NCBI RefSeq assembly: GCF_012524165.2
Contig: NZ_JABACJ020000040.1
Location: 1 to 21,857, forward strand
Reading direction: 5' to 3'
Length of the DNA: 21,857 nt
Source: Faecalicatena faecalis
Lineage (GTDB): Bacteria > Bacillota > Clostridia > Lachnospirales > Lachnospiraceae
How positions within the stretch are numbered: the stretch's first letter is position 1; each line of letters starts with the position of its first letter. Below the pieces are notes generated by a model. It did not search any database. It was given only the letters and a program-made list of their open reading frames with translations, and was not told the origin of the DNA. Below are positions 1 through 8,200 of the stretch, one piece after another. A program made the position numbers and the translations under genes.

Positions 1-153
1 CTTGCAAATCTTGAAAGGAACATCATGGAAGTTGCGAGTTAGGCAAAGCTATCCACAAACGGGAGAAAATTGGTTACATTTAATTTGTACTTTTTCTTGA
101 CATAGGACCAGTTTTCGGAACAGCCTGATTTCACAGACTGTACCAAAGCGACA

Positions 154-3100
154 ATGCAGAGCCTTGTTACTGCGGTTTCTGAAGTTCCGGTTTTTGACCG
201 AGAAACAGAAATCCTATATTCCGTGCTTGGCAGATTAAAGATTGACGACATTGCTCTCAGTTATGATGAAAACGGTCTTGTTGCAAGGGACAGCGATAAC
301 GAATGGCACGGTGCAGAGTTTTATCATTTCCTTGTTGATGAAGCCTTTGTATTTGAAGATGACGGTTCTGTACTTGGTATCAGACCTGACTTGCTTGATG
401 ACTTTAAGGCTTTATCCGAACACAACGGCGTTGAAGTTAAGGACAACCGAGAGAAAGAACCTGAGCCGATAGTTCCCGTTTGGGAGCAAAAGAAAAAGTC
501 AAAGGTAAAGAGCTTTGACCTCCATCCGGATATTCCTATGTCGGAGCGACACAACTTTGACCTTGCTAATAATCAGGTTGAGGAAGTGAACAAGAAAGAG
601 CGTTTTCACAGAAACTATGCGGCGATTAAGGTCTTGAAAGATTGTCAAAGCGAAAACCGTTTTGCGACACCCGATGAGCAGAAAATCTTGTCGAGATATG
701 TCGGTTGGGGCGGTATTCCCGAAGCCTTTGACGAACGAGCAGGAGCTTGGCATACAGAGTATGCAATGCTGAAAAACATCCTGACGCCGGAGGAATATGC
801 GTCGGCAAGAGAAAGCACCTTGACCTCCTTTTACACTCCCCCCGAAGTATCTACCGCCATTTATAAGGTGTTGGAACAGATGGGATTTCAGGAGGGCAAC
901 CTGCTTGAGCCGTCCTGCGGTATCGGTAACTTCATCGGTATGCTGCCTAAGTCAATGGAAAACGCAAAGGTTTACGGCGTGGAGCTTGATACCATTTCAG
1001 CCGGTATCGCTCAGCAGCTTTATCAGAAATCTTCTATTGCGGCACAGGGCTTTGAGAAAGTAAATGTTCCCGACAGTTTCTTTGACGGTGTTATCGGCAA
1101 TGTGCCTTTCGGAGACTTCAAAGTCTCCGACAAACGATATGACAAGTACAACTTCTTAATCCACGATTATTTCTTTGCAAAATCGCTTGACAAATTACGC
1201 CCCGGCGGTGTGATGGCTCTTGTGACAAGCAAAGGAACTATGGACAAGGAAAACTCCAATGTCCGAAAATATATCGCACAGAGGGCGGAGCTTCTCGGAG
1301 CAATCAGACTTCCGAATGACACCTTCAAAGGCAATGCCGGAACAGAGGTTGTATCCGATATTCTGTTTCTGCAAAAGCGAGACAGACTCATAGATATTGA
1401 GCCGGATTGGGTTCATCTTGACACCGATGAAAACGGTATAAGAATGAACTCATATTTTGTTCAGCACCCGGAAATGGTACTCGGCGAAATGAAAATGGCA
1501 AGCGGTCGCTTCGGACCGGAAGCAACCTGTGAACCGTTTGATAATGCCGACCTTTCGGAGCTTTTGAACGAAGCAGTCTCAAACATTCACGGAGAAATCT
1601 CCGAATACGAAGTTGCCGATGAGCTGGAGGAAGAAGATAATTCTATCCCGGCAGACCCTACGGTAAGGAACTTCTCTTATACGGTTTTGGACGATAAAAT
1701 CTATTTCCGTGAGAACTCCCGTATGTCCCCGGTGGAGGTATCTGCAACCGCCGAGAACCGTATCAAGGGTATGATGGGGATAAGGGATTGCGTCCGAAAC
1801 CTGATTGAACTGCAAACCGAGGATTACCCCGACAGCGAAATCAAACAGGCACAGGAAAAGCTGAACACTCTGTATGACAGCTTCACAAAGAAGTACGGAC
1901 TGATTAACAGCCGTGCCAATACTTCCGCTTTTTCCGACGACAGCTCCTATGCTCTGCTCTCTGCTCTTGAGGTCATCAACGAAGATGGTGAACTGGAACG
2001 CAAGGCGGATATGTTCTACAAAAGGACGATTAAACCGCACAAGCCGGTAACGGAGGTTGGCACCGCAGACGAAGCTCTCGCTGTCTCTATGGGTGAAAAA
2101 GCAGCCATTGATATGGAATATATGATGGAGTTGTCCGGTAAAAGCGAGGAAGAATTATTTTCTGACTTAAAGGGTGTTATCTTCTTAAATCCCCTTTATG
2201 AGTACGGCAATTCTTATGAGCCGAAGTATCTGATGGCAGACGAATATCTGTCGGGCAATGTTCGTGAGAAGCTGGCAACAGCCAAAAGGTCTGCGACTCT
2301 GTATCCCGAAGATTACACCGTCAATGTGCAGGCACTTGAAAAGGTGCAACCAAAGGATTTGACGGCAAGCGAGATTTCCGTAAGGCTCGGTGCGACTTGG
2401 ATACCGCCCGAAATATTCCAACAGTTTATGTTTGAGTTTCTCGACACCCCACGCTATGCACAATGGAATATCAAGGTTCACTACTCTCAGTTTACCGGCG
2501 AATGGAACATTGAGGGAAAGAGCTATGACCGTTCCAATGTAAAAGCGTACAGCACATACGGTACTTCCCGCATCAACGCATATAAGATAATTGAGGAAAC
2601 GCTGAACCTGAAAGATGTCCGTATCTTTGACTATATCGAAGATGAAGAAGGCAAAAAGAAAGCCGTCCTCAATAAAAAAGAAACGGCAATCGCACAGGCA
2701 AAGCAGGAACTCATAAAGCAGGGCTTTCAGGACTGGATATGGGCTGACCCTGCCCGCCGAGAAAAACTCACGAAGATGTATAACGAAAAGTTCAACAGCA
2801 TAAGACCCCGTGAGTACGACGGAAGCCACATTGTTTTCAACGGTATGAACCCAGAAATCGAACTCCGTGAACATCAGAAAAATGCGGTTGCACACATTCT
2901 GTACGGCGGCAACACGCTGTTGGCACACGCAGTCGGTGCAGGCAAAACTTTTGAGATGGTGGCGGCTGCTATGGAGTCCAAACGACTGGGACTTTGCAAT
3001 AAGTCGCTGTTCGTAGTGCCAAATCACTTAACCGAGCAATGGGCGGCGGAGTTCTTACAACTCTATCCGGCGGCGAATATTCTTGTGGCAACAAAGCGAG

Positions 3101-5334
3101 ATTTTGAGACAAAGAACCGTAAAAAGTTCTGTGGTCGAATTGCTACGGGAGATTATGACGCCGTAATCATCGGTCATTCTCAGTTTGAAAAAATACCGAT
3201 GTCCATTGAAAGACAGAGGGCAATTCTTGAGCAACAGCTTGAAGAACTGACAGACGGTATTATGGATTTGAAGCGAAACCGTGGAGAAAATTTCTCCATT
3301 AAACAGCTTGAAAAGTCTAAAAAGTCCGTGAAACAAAAGTTGGAAAAGCTCAACGACCAAAGCCGCAAGGATGATGTTGTTACCTTTGAAGAACTCGGTG
3401 TGGACAGGCTCTTTATCGACGAGAGCCATTATTACAAGAACCTCTATCTTTACACCAAAATGCGTAATGTGGGCGGTATCGCTCAAACGGAAGCACAGAA
3501 ATCCTCCGACCTGTTTATGAAGTGCCGATACCTTGACGAGCTTACAGGCGGTCGAGGAACGATATTTGCGACCGGTACTCCTATCTCAAACAGTATGGTG
3601 GAACTCTATACCATTCAGCGATACTTGCAGTACAACACGCTTGTGAAAAACAACTTGCAACACTTCGACTCGTGGGCAAGTACCTTCGGAGAGACTGTAA
3701 CAGCTGTTGAGCTTACCCCGGAGGGAACGGGTTACAGAGCGAAAACCCGCTTTGCAAAATTCTATAACCTTCCGGAGCTTATGGCGATGTTTAAGGAGGT
3801 TGCCGACATTAAGACGGCGGATATGCTGGAGCTGCCTGTGCCGGAAGCACACTTCCACAATGTTGCGGTCAAGCCGTCGGAAATGCAGAAAGAAATGGTT
3901 GCTTCCCTTGCGGAACGAGCCGAGAAAGTCCGTGGTGGCGGTGTGGATTCGAGTGTAGATAATATGCTCAAAATCACAAACGACGGCAGAAAGTTGGCTC
4001 TTGACCAGCGTATGCTCAACGATATGCTGCCTGATTTTGAGGGTAGTAAAATCAACGCCTGCGTCGATAACATCTACCGTATTTGGGAGGAAACAGCCGA
4101 TAAAAAATCGGCACAGCTTGTGTTCTGCGACCTCTCAACACCAAAGAACGACGGCACATTCTCGGTATATAACGACATCAGAAAGAAGCTCATAGAGCGT
4201 GGTGTCCCCGAAAGCGAAGTCCGCTTTATCCACGAAGCAGATACCGATGTGAAGAAGAAAGAACTGTTCCAAAAGACCCGCAAGGGCGAGGTCAGAGTGC
4301 TTCTCGGCTCTACGCAGAAGATGGGAGCCGGCACGAATGTTCAGGACAGACTTATCGCACTTCACGATGTGGATTGTCCGTGGAGACCGTCAGACTTGGA
4401 GCAGCGTTCCGGTCGAATTATCCGTCAGGGCAACTCAAACCCTGATGTAGATATTTACCGCTATGTAACGGAGCAGACCTTTGACGCATATCTCTATCAG
4501 CTTGTAGAGGGAAAGCAAAAGTTCGCCAGTCAGATTATGACGAGCAAATCTCCGGTGCGTTCTGCCGAGGATATTGATGAAACCGCTCTGTCCTATGCAG
4601 AAATTAAAATGCTTGCCACCGGCAATCCGTATATTAAGGAGAAGATGGATTTGGATATTCAAGTCCAAAAGCTGAAGCTCTTAAAATCCAACTTTCTCTC
4701 TGAAAGATATGCTTTGGAAGATAAGATAATCAAATATTATCCGCAGCGAATTACAGCTTTGGAAAACCGCATTGAAGGCTTGAAGCAAGATGTAGAAACT
4801 GCGAAACAGCACCCGAAACCAACGGACGACCGCTTTGTCGGTATGGAGGTTAAGGGTGTTTTTTATTCCGAAAAAGCCGACGCCGGTAAAGCAATCATTG
4901 AAGCCTGCAAACAGATGAACAGCCCCGACCCTATTCCTCTCGGCAAGTACAGAGGGTTTGAAACGGAGCTGCTTTTTAATACCGCAGAGCGAAATTATGA
5001 GGTTCGACTGAAAGGTGCAACAAGCAGAAATGTTCCTCTCGGCGATGACGCATACGGCAATATTATCCGTCTTGATAACGGAATTGAGAGATTTGCCGAG
5101 AGCTTGTCACTTGCGGAGAACGACCTTGAGAACACCAAAAATCAGTTGGAAACCGCAAAGAAAGAAGTCCAAAAACCATTTATCCAAGAGGAAGAATTGA
5201 AAACAAAGCTTGCCCGACTGGACGAGCTGAATATTCTGCTCAATATGGATAAGCGAGAAAACGAAATTGTCGGCGGCGAACCCGATGAGGGCGAAGTGCC
5301 GAACACACGAAAGGAGAAAACCTATGAACGATAA
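154..5334 (+). CDS. Large polyvalent protein: an N6-adenine DNA methyltransferase fused to an SNF2/DEAD-like helicase (DarB-like anti-restriction candidate)
   Basis: The ORF is 1726 aa. AdoMet motif I is LEPSCGIGNFIG (nt 904-939) and catalytic motif IV is NVPF (nt 1099-1110). Helicase Walker A is GAGKT (nt 2935-2949), the DESH box is at nt 3418-3429, motif III is GTPISNS and motif VI is QRSGRIIRQGN. The C-terminal tail is coiled-coil rich. There is no clear SD before ATG154, so the start is uncertain. Confidence 0.9.
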   Translation: MQSLVTAVSEVPVFDRETEILYSVLGRLKIDDIALSYDENGLVARDSDNEWHGAEFYHFLVDEAFVFEDDGSVLGIRPDLLDDFKALSEHNGVEVKDNREKEPEPIVPVWEQKKKSKVKSFDLHPDIPMSERHNFDLANNQVEEVNKKERFHRNYAAIKVLKDCQSENRFATPDEQKILSRYVGWGGIPEAFDERAGAWHTEYAMLKNILTPEEYASARESTLTSFYTPPEVSTAIYKVLEQMGFQEGNLLEPSCGIGNFIGMLPKSMENAKVYGVELDTISAGIAQQLYQKSSIAAQGFEKVNVPDSFFDGVIGNVPFGDFKVSDKRYDKYNFLIHDYFFAKSLDKLRPGGVMALVTSKGTMDKENSNVRKYIAQRAELLGAIRLPNDTFKGNAGTEVVSDILFLQKRDRLIDIEPDWVHLDTDENGIRMNSYFVQHPEMVLGEMKMASGRFGPEATCEPFDNADLSELLNEAVSNIHGEISEYEVADELEEEDNSIPADPTVRNFSYTVLDDKIYFRENSRMSPVEVSATAENRIKGMMGIRDCVRNLIELQTEDYPDSEIKQAQEKLNTLYDSFTKKYGLINSRANTSAFSDDSSYALLSALEVINEDGELERKADMFYKRTIKPHKPVTEVGTADEALAVSMGEKAAIDMEYMMELSGKSEEELFSDLKGVIFLNPLYEYGNSYEPKYLMADEYLSGNVREKLATAKRSATLYPEDYTVNVQALEKVQPKDLTASEISVRLGATWIPPEIFQQFMFEFLDTPRYAQWNIKVHYSQFTGEWNIEGKSYDRSNVKAYSTYGTSRINAYKIIEETLNLKDVRIFDYIEDEEGKKKAVLNKKETAIAQAKQELIKQGFQDWIWADPARREKLTKMYNEKFNSIRPREYDGSHIVFNGMNPEIELREHQKNAVAHILYGGNTLLAHAVGAGKTFEMVAAAMESKRLGLCNKSLFVVPNHLTEQWAAEFLQLYPAANILVATKRDFETKNRKKFCGRIATGDYDAVIIGHSQFEKIPMSIERQRAILEQQLEELTDGIMDLKRNRGENFSIKQLEKSKKSVKQKLEKLNDQSRKDDVVTFEELGVDRLFIDESHYYKNLYLYTKMRNVGGIAQTEAQKSSDLFMKCRYLDELTGGRGTIFATGTPISNSMVELYTIQRYLQYNTLVKNNLQHFDSWASTFGETVTAVELTPEGTGYRAKTRFAKFYNLPELMAMFKEVADIKTADMLELPVPEAHFHNVAVKPSEMQKEMVASLAERAEKVRGGGVDSSVDNMLKITNDGRKLALDQRMLNDMLPDFEGSKINACVDNIYRIWEETADKKSAQLVFCDLSTPKNDGTFSVYNDIRKKLIERGVPESEVRFIHEADTDVKKKELFQKTRKGEVRVLLGSTQKMGAGTNVQDRLIALHDVDCPWRPSDLEQRSGRIIRQGNSNPDVDIYRYVTEQTFDAYLYQLVEGKQKFASQIMTSKSPVRSAEDIDETALSYAEIKMLATGNPYIKEKMDLDIQVQKLKLLKSNFLSERYALEDKIIKYYPQRITALENRIEGLKQDVETAKQHPKPTDDRFVGMEVKGVFYSEKADAGKAIIEACKQMNSPDPIPLGKYRGFETELLFNTAERNYEVRLKGATSRNVPLGDDAYGNIIRLDNGIERFAESLSLAENDLENTKNQLETAKKEVQKPFIQEEELKTKLARLDELNILLNMDKRENEIVGGEPDEGEVPNTRKEKTYER

Positions 5335-5716
5335 AATGACACCCGATAAGGAAAGAGAAAACTGCCCTTGCAGAAAAGCAATCATTAACCCTTTTGATGC
5401 AATGATGATGGTTGTGGTCAGGAGACTTGATAAAGCATATCTCGAATTAAAAAGAAGCAAACCGCCCGCAAAGGAAGCAGAATTTGCCCTTAGAAATGCA
5501 AAGCTTTCTTTCTACGGAGAGTTGGTTCGACAGAGCATTGAAACGGTGTTTTCGCCGGAAGAAATCATTGCTTTGTATGAAAACGACGACCTTGCGGGAG
5601 GTGCTTGGACTGTTTGGAATGACATCGGCTGCCCTGTTGATAAGATACTCATTATCATTGCAAAGCTCAGTATCAACGAACCGATACAGAAAGCGGTTGC
5701 CGATTTGCTGATGTAG
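5324..5716 (+). CDS. Hypothetical protein (130 aa)
   Basis: AAGGAG at 5311-5316 lies 7 nt upstream of ATG5324. This start overlaps the stop of the upstream gene by 11 nt. The ORF-track start at 5267 lies deep inside the upstream gene and has no SD. I recognise no motif. Confidence 0.55.
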   Translation: MNDKMTPDKERENCPCRKAIINPFDAMMMVVVRRLDKAYLELKRSKPPAKEAEFALRNAKLSFYGELVRQSIETVFSPEEIIALYENDDLAGGAWTVWNDIGCPVDKILIIIAKLSINEPIQKAVADLLM

Positions 5717-5723
5717 AACGGCG

Positions 5724-6686
5724 GTGATACCTATGCCGTATATTGCACCGGAAGTCATAACCGAAGCCAAACGAATGGATTTATTAACCTATCTCAGAGA
5801 GTATGAACCGGGCGAGCTTGTCAAGTTTTCAAGCAACACCTACACCACAAGAACCCACGACAGTTTGAAGATTTCCAACGGAAAATGGATGTGGTGGTCG
5901 AGAGGTATCGGGGGCAAATCCGCCCTCGATTACCTTATCAAAGTCCGTGGAATGGATTTTGTGCAGGCGGTTCAGACCATTATGGGAAACGGTTCAGTCA
6001 GCTTTCCGACTTGTGAAAACATCAAAAGCTATGAGGAACAACCCTTGCTTCTGCCTGAAAAAAGTCCTACTGCCGATGTGGTATTTGATTACCTTTTCGG
6101 GCGTGGGATTGATTATGAAATCATCAACCACTGTTTGGAACAGGAGCTAATCATTGAGTCGCTCCCATATCACAATGCTGTTTTTATCGGCTATGACGAG
6201 AACAAAGAACCTAAATACGCCGCTTACAGAGCAACAAATCAATCAAGGATTATGGGCGACTGCACCGGCAGTAAAAAGCAATACTCTTTCCGCCTGACTG
6301 CCGAAAACACCGGAGAGGTTCATCTTTTTGAGTGTGCTATTGACCTGCTTTCCTATGCAACTTTGATGAAGCTGGAGGGCAAAGACTGGCGACAGTTTAA
6401 CCTTGTTTCTCTTGCGGGAGTGTATTCCCCAAAGCAGAAAATCGAGGACTCAAAAGTGCCTGTTACACTCGGCAGGCTGCTTGAAAAAGACAAAACAATC
6501 AAGCGAATTGTTCTTCATTTGGATAATGATATTGCCGGAAGAAAAGCAACCAAAGCGTTGCAGACGATTCTTTCAGATAATTATGAAGTCGTTGACGACC
6601 CTCCCCAATACGGGAAAGATGTCAACGACTTTCTTTGTAAACGCTTGGGAATAAAAGATAAAACCGAAAGGAGTTTTGCACGATGA
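5724..6686 (+). CDS. DUF3991/Toprim domain protein (primase-like or topoisomerase-like fold)
   Basis: The Toprim signature is present: a conserved Glu in HLFECAIDLLS and a DxD in VLHLDNDIAGRKA. The N-terminal half resembles the DUF3991 region typical of Firmicutes conjugative elements. The start may be GTG5724 or ATG5733. Confidence 0.75.
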   Translation: MIPMPYIAPEVITEAKRMDLLTYLREYEPGELVKFSSNTYTTRTHDSLKISNGKWMWWSRGIGGKSALDYLIKVRGMDFVQAVQTIMGNGSVSFPTCENIKSYEEQPLLLPEKSPTADVVFDYLFGRGIDYEIINHCLEQELIIESLPYHNAVFIGYDENKEPKYAAYRATNQSRIMGDCTGSKKQYSFRLTAENTGEVHLFECAIDLLSYATLMKLEGKDWRQFNLVSLAGVYSPKQKIEDSKVPVTLGRLLEKDKTIKRIVLHLDNDIAGRKATKALQTILSDNYEVVDDPPQYGKDVNDFLCKRLGIKDKTERSFAR

Positions 6687-7600
6687 AACTAAAAGAAATC
6701 AGAGAAATGTACCCGGAGGGTACGCAGATTGTACTCACTGAAATGGCTGGAGAAAGTCAAATGCCCTACGGTCTGAAAGGAACGGTTAAGTTTGTTGACG
6801 ACGCCGGACAGATTCATATGAGTTGGGAAAACGGAAGCTCTCTCGCTTTGAATATTCACGAAGATACCTTTGAAAAGGTCGAAGCACCGGAGAAGATTTC
6901 CGTCATTCTCGTTGAGCCGGGCAGGTATCCGAAGCTCATTGAGATTGAGGATACGCTGGAAGCAATGCAGTCTCTTGTGGAGGGAGATATTGAAGAATAT
7001 ATGCCCTTTGAGGACGATGTTGCCATCATCTGCAACGATGAAGGAAAGATGAACGGCTTGCCGCTGAACAGGGCTGTTTATTCCGAGCCTGAGAATGTTG
7101 AGATGAGTTATCCGCAGTTGAAAGCTCATTTCCGGCAGGTAGAAAAAGAAAGAAACCACACGACCGGATATATTGTTTTTACGGCTGACAGCTTTGACAA
7201 GCCATACACAGAGGAACAAAGAACCTATGTTGTCAGCAGTAACAATAAGGCTTTCATTGAGGGTATGGGCGGATATTCTATCTATGCTTCTTCCCTTGAC
7301 GGGTCGGATAAATGTGTGCGACTGGAAGCGTATATGGCTGATGAACACGGTGGCAAGGACGGTTGGAAGATTGAAAAATGTTATGTGAAAGATGACAGCA
7401 ACCGTGAAATGCTCGACATTATTGCCGGCAAGTTCTTCATTGCTTACGCACCGATTGAGTCGGAAAAGTTTCTCAGTATGCCGAAAGAACTGGCTCGTAA
7501 GTACGAGGAAAAGTTCAAATACCCGGAGAGATTTTACAAGTCTTTGGACGGTATTGAAGCAAAGCCGTATAAGCCTGTCTCAAAGGATATGGAGAGATAA
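6683..7600 (+). CDS. DUF4314-like N-terminus plus a DUF3846-like domain protein
   Basis: The start forms an ATGA overlap with the upstream stop. The N-terminal YPEGTQIVLTEM...GTVKFVDDAGQIHMSWENGSSLAL resembles DUF4314. VILVEPGRYPKLIEIEDTLEAMQSLVEGDIE...PFEDDVAIICNDEGKMNGLPLNRA and the later DIIAGKFFIAY...KYEEKFKYPERF resemble DUF3846. These assignments are from recall of family consensus. Confidence 0.65.
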   Translation: MKLKEIREMYPEGTQIVLTEMAGESQMPYGLKGTVKFVDDAGQIHMSWENGSSLALNIHEDTFEKVEAPEKISVILVEPGRYPKLIEIEDTLEAMQSLVEGDIEEYMPFEDDVAIICNDEGKMNGLPLNRAVYSEPENVEMSYPQLKAHFRQVEKERNHTTGYIVFTADSFDKPYTEEQRTYVVSSNNKAFIEGMGGYSIYASSLDGSDKCVRLEAYMADEHGGKDGWKIEKCYVKDDSNREMLDIIAGKFFIAYAPIESEKFLSMPKELARKYEEKFKYPERFYKSLDGIEAKPYKPVSKDMER

Positions 7601-7612
7601 AAGTCAATCTAT

Positions 7613-7703
7613 GGGGCAACCCTGAGTGTCTGCATAATCTTAGCGAGCAGACCATTTGGATAACCACAGGTTTCCAAACGGTACACTCGTTAGGGGTTGC
7701 CCC
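7613..7703. promoter_or_regulatory. Candidate oriT: an imperfect long-range inverted repeat in the only sizeable intergenic gap upstream of mobC-relaxase
   Basis: The left arm is GGGGCAACCCTGAGTGT (7613-7629) and the right arm is ACACTCGTTAGGGGTTGCCCC (7683-7703). The outer 10 bp and inner 6 bp are perfectly complementary around a small asymmetric bulge, with a 53-nt spacer. The position immediately 5' of the relaxosome genes is typical for an oriT. Confidence 0.4.
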
Positions 7704-7734
7704 TAATACCCCAAGCAAGAAAGGAGCATAAGCT

Positions 7735-7890
7735 ATGCGGGAGATAGCATTGGTCGCCGCCGGGTTAATCATCGGCGGCTCTTTCGGAGTAACAACAATG
7801 TGCCTGTTTCAGATAAACCGGGACAGACACTATATTTACAGAAAGGACAGCGATAAAAATGAGGAAAAGAAACATTCAGAAGATTGTTAG
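7735..7890 (+). CDS. Small membrane peptide (51 aa, DUF3789-like); not in the ORF track
   Basis: AAAGGAG at 7720-7726 lies 8 nt upstream of ATG7735. The product is MREIALVAAGLIIGGSFGVTTMCLFQINRDRHYIYRKDSDKNEEKKHSEDC, with one hydrophobic helix and a charged tail. The TAG stop is at 7888-7890. It overlaps the mobC start by 32 nt. Confidence 0.45.
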   Translation: MREIALVAAGLIIGGSFGVTTMCLFQINRDRHYIYRKDSDKNEEKKHSEDC

Positions 7891-8200
7891 GTTAAGCCGA
7901 GATGAAGCTCAGGACTTACAGAAAAAAGCAAAGCGTTCTTGTATGTCCGAGTCTGGTCTTATCCGTTTGCTTCTCAAAGGCTACGAGCCGAGAGAAAAGC
8001 CCGACGAAAGATTTTACGATGTTATGCGTGAGCTTTCTGCTATCGGCAACAACATCAATCAGCTTGCTGCGAAAGCAAACACCCTCGGATTTGTGGACGC
8101 ACCGCAGCTCAAAAAGGAAGCCGAGCGTTGGCACAAGTTTCAGGCTGATGTGGAGCGTACTTTTTTAAGACCCGATAAGAGCGATATGAAATGGCAGTAA
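7859..8200 (+). CDS. mobC: MobC-family relaxosome accessory protein (ribbon-helix-helix type)
   Basis: It is 113 aa. RLSRDEAQDLQKKAKRSCMSESGLIRLLL is RHH-like, and ELSAIGNNINQLAKANT-type sequence is the hallmark MobC motif. It lies directly upstream of the relaxase and overlaps it. Confidence 0.85.
   Translation: MRKRNIQKIVRLSRDEAQDLQKKAKRSCMSESGLIRLLLKGYEPREKPDERFYDVMRELSAIGNNINQLAAKANTLGFVDAPQLKKEAERWHKFQADVERTFLRPDKSDMKWQ

Noticed and set aside
39-251. A 70-aa minus-strand ORF at the window start, and a TTGACA hexamer at 97-102 as a possible promoter for the polyvalent gene.
   Set aside because: The ORF overlaps the start of the large + strand gene and has no SD or motif. The TTGACA has no acceptable -10 hexamer at 16-19 nt spacing (the downstream sequence is ...ggaacagcctgat).
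2185-3027. A 280-aa minus-strand ORF inside the methyltransferase-helicase gene, plus other antisense ORFs at 1579-2040 and 3055-3486.
   Set aside because: These are shadow ORFs opposite a strongly supported coding frame. They have no ribosome-binding sites or motifs.
5267-5323. ORF-track upstream start codons at 5267, 9479, 11351, 15859, 18251 and 14706.
   Set aside because: Each lies inside the preceding gene or inside the cassette terminator stem, and none has an SD. Downstream in-frame starts at 5324, 9545, 11429, 15898, 18269 and 14709 have good SD spacing and give N-termini typical of the families. 11351 and 5724 remain possible alternatives.
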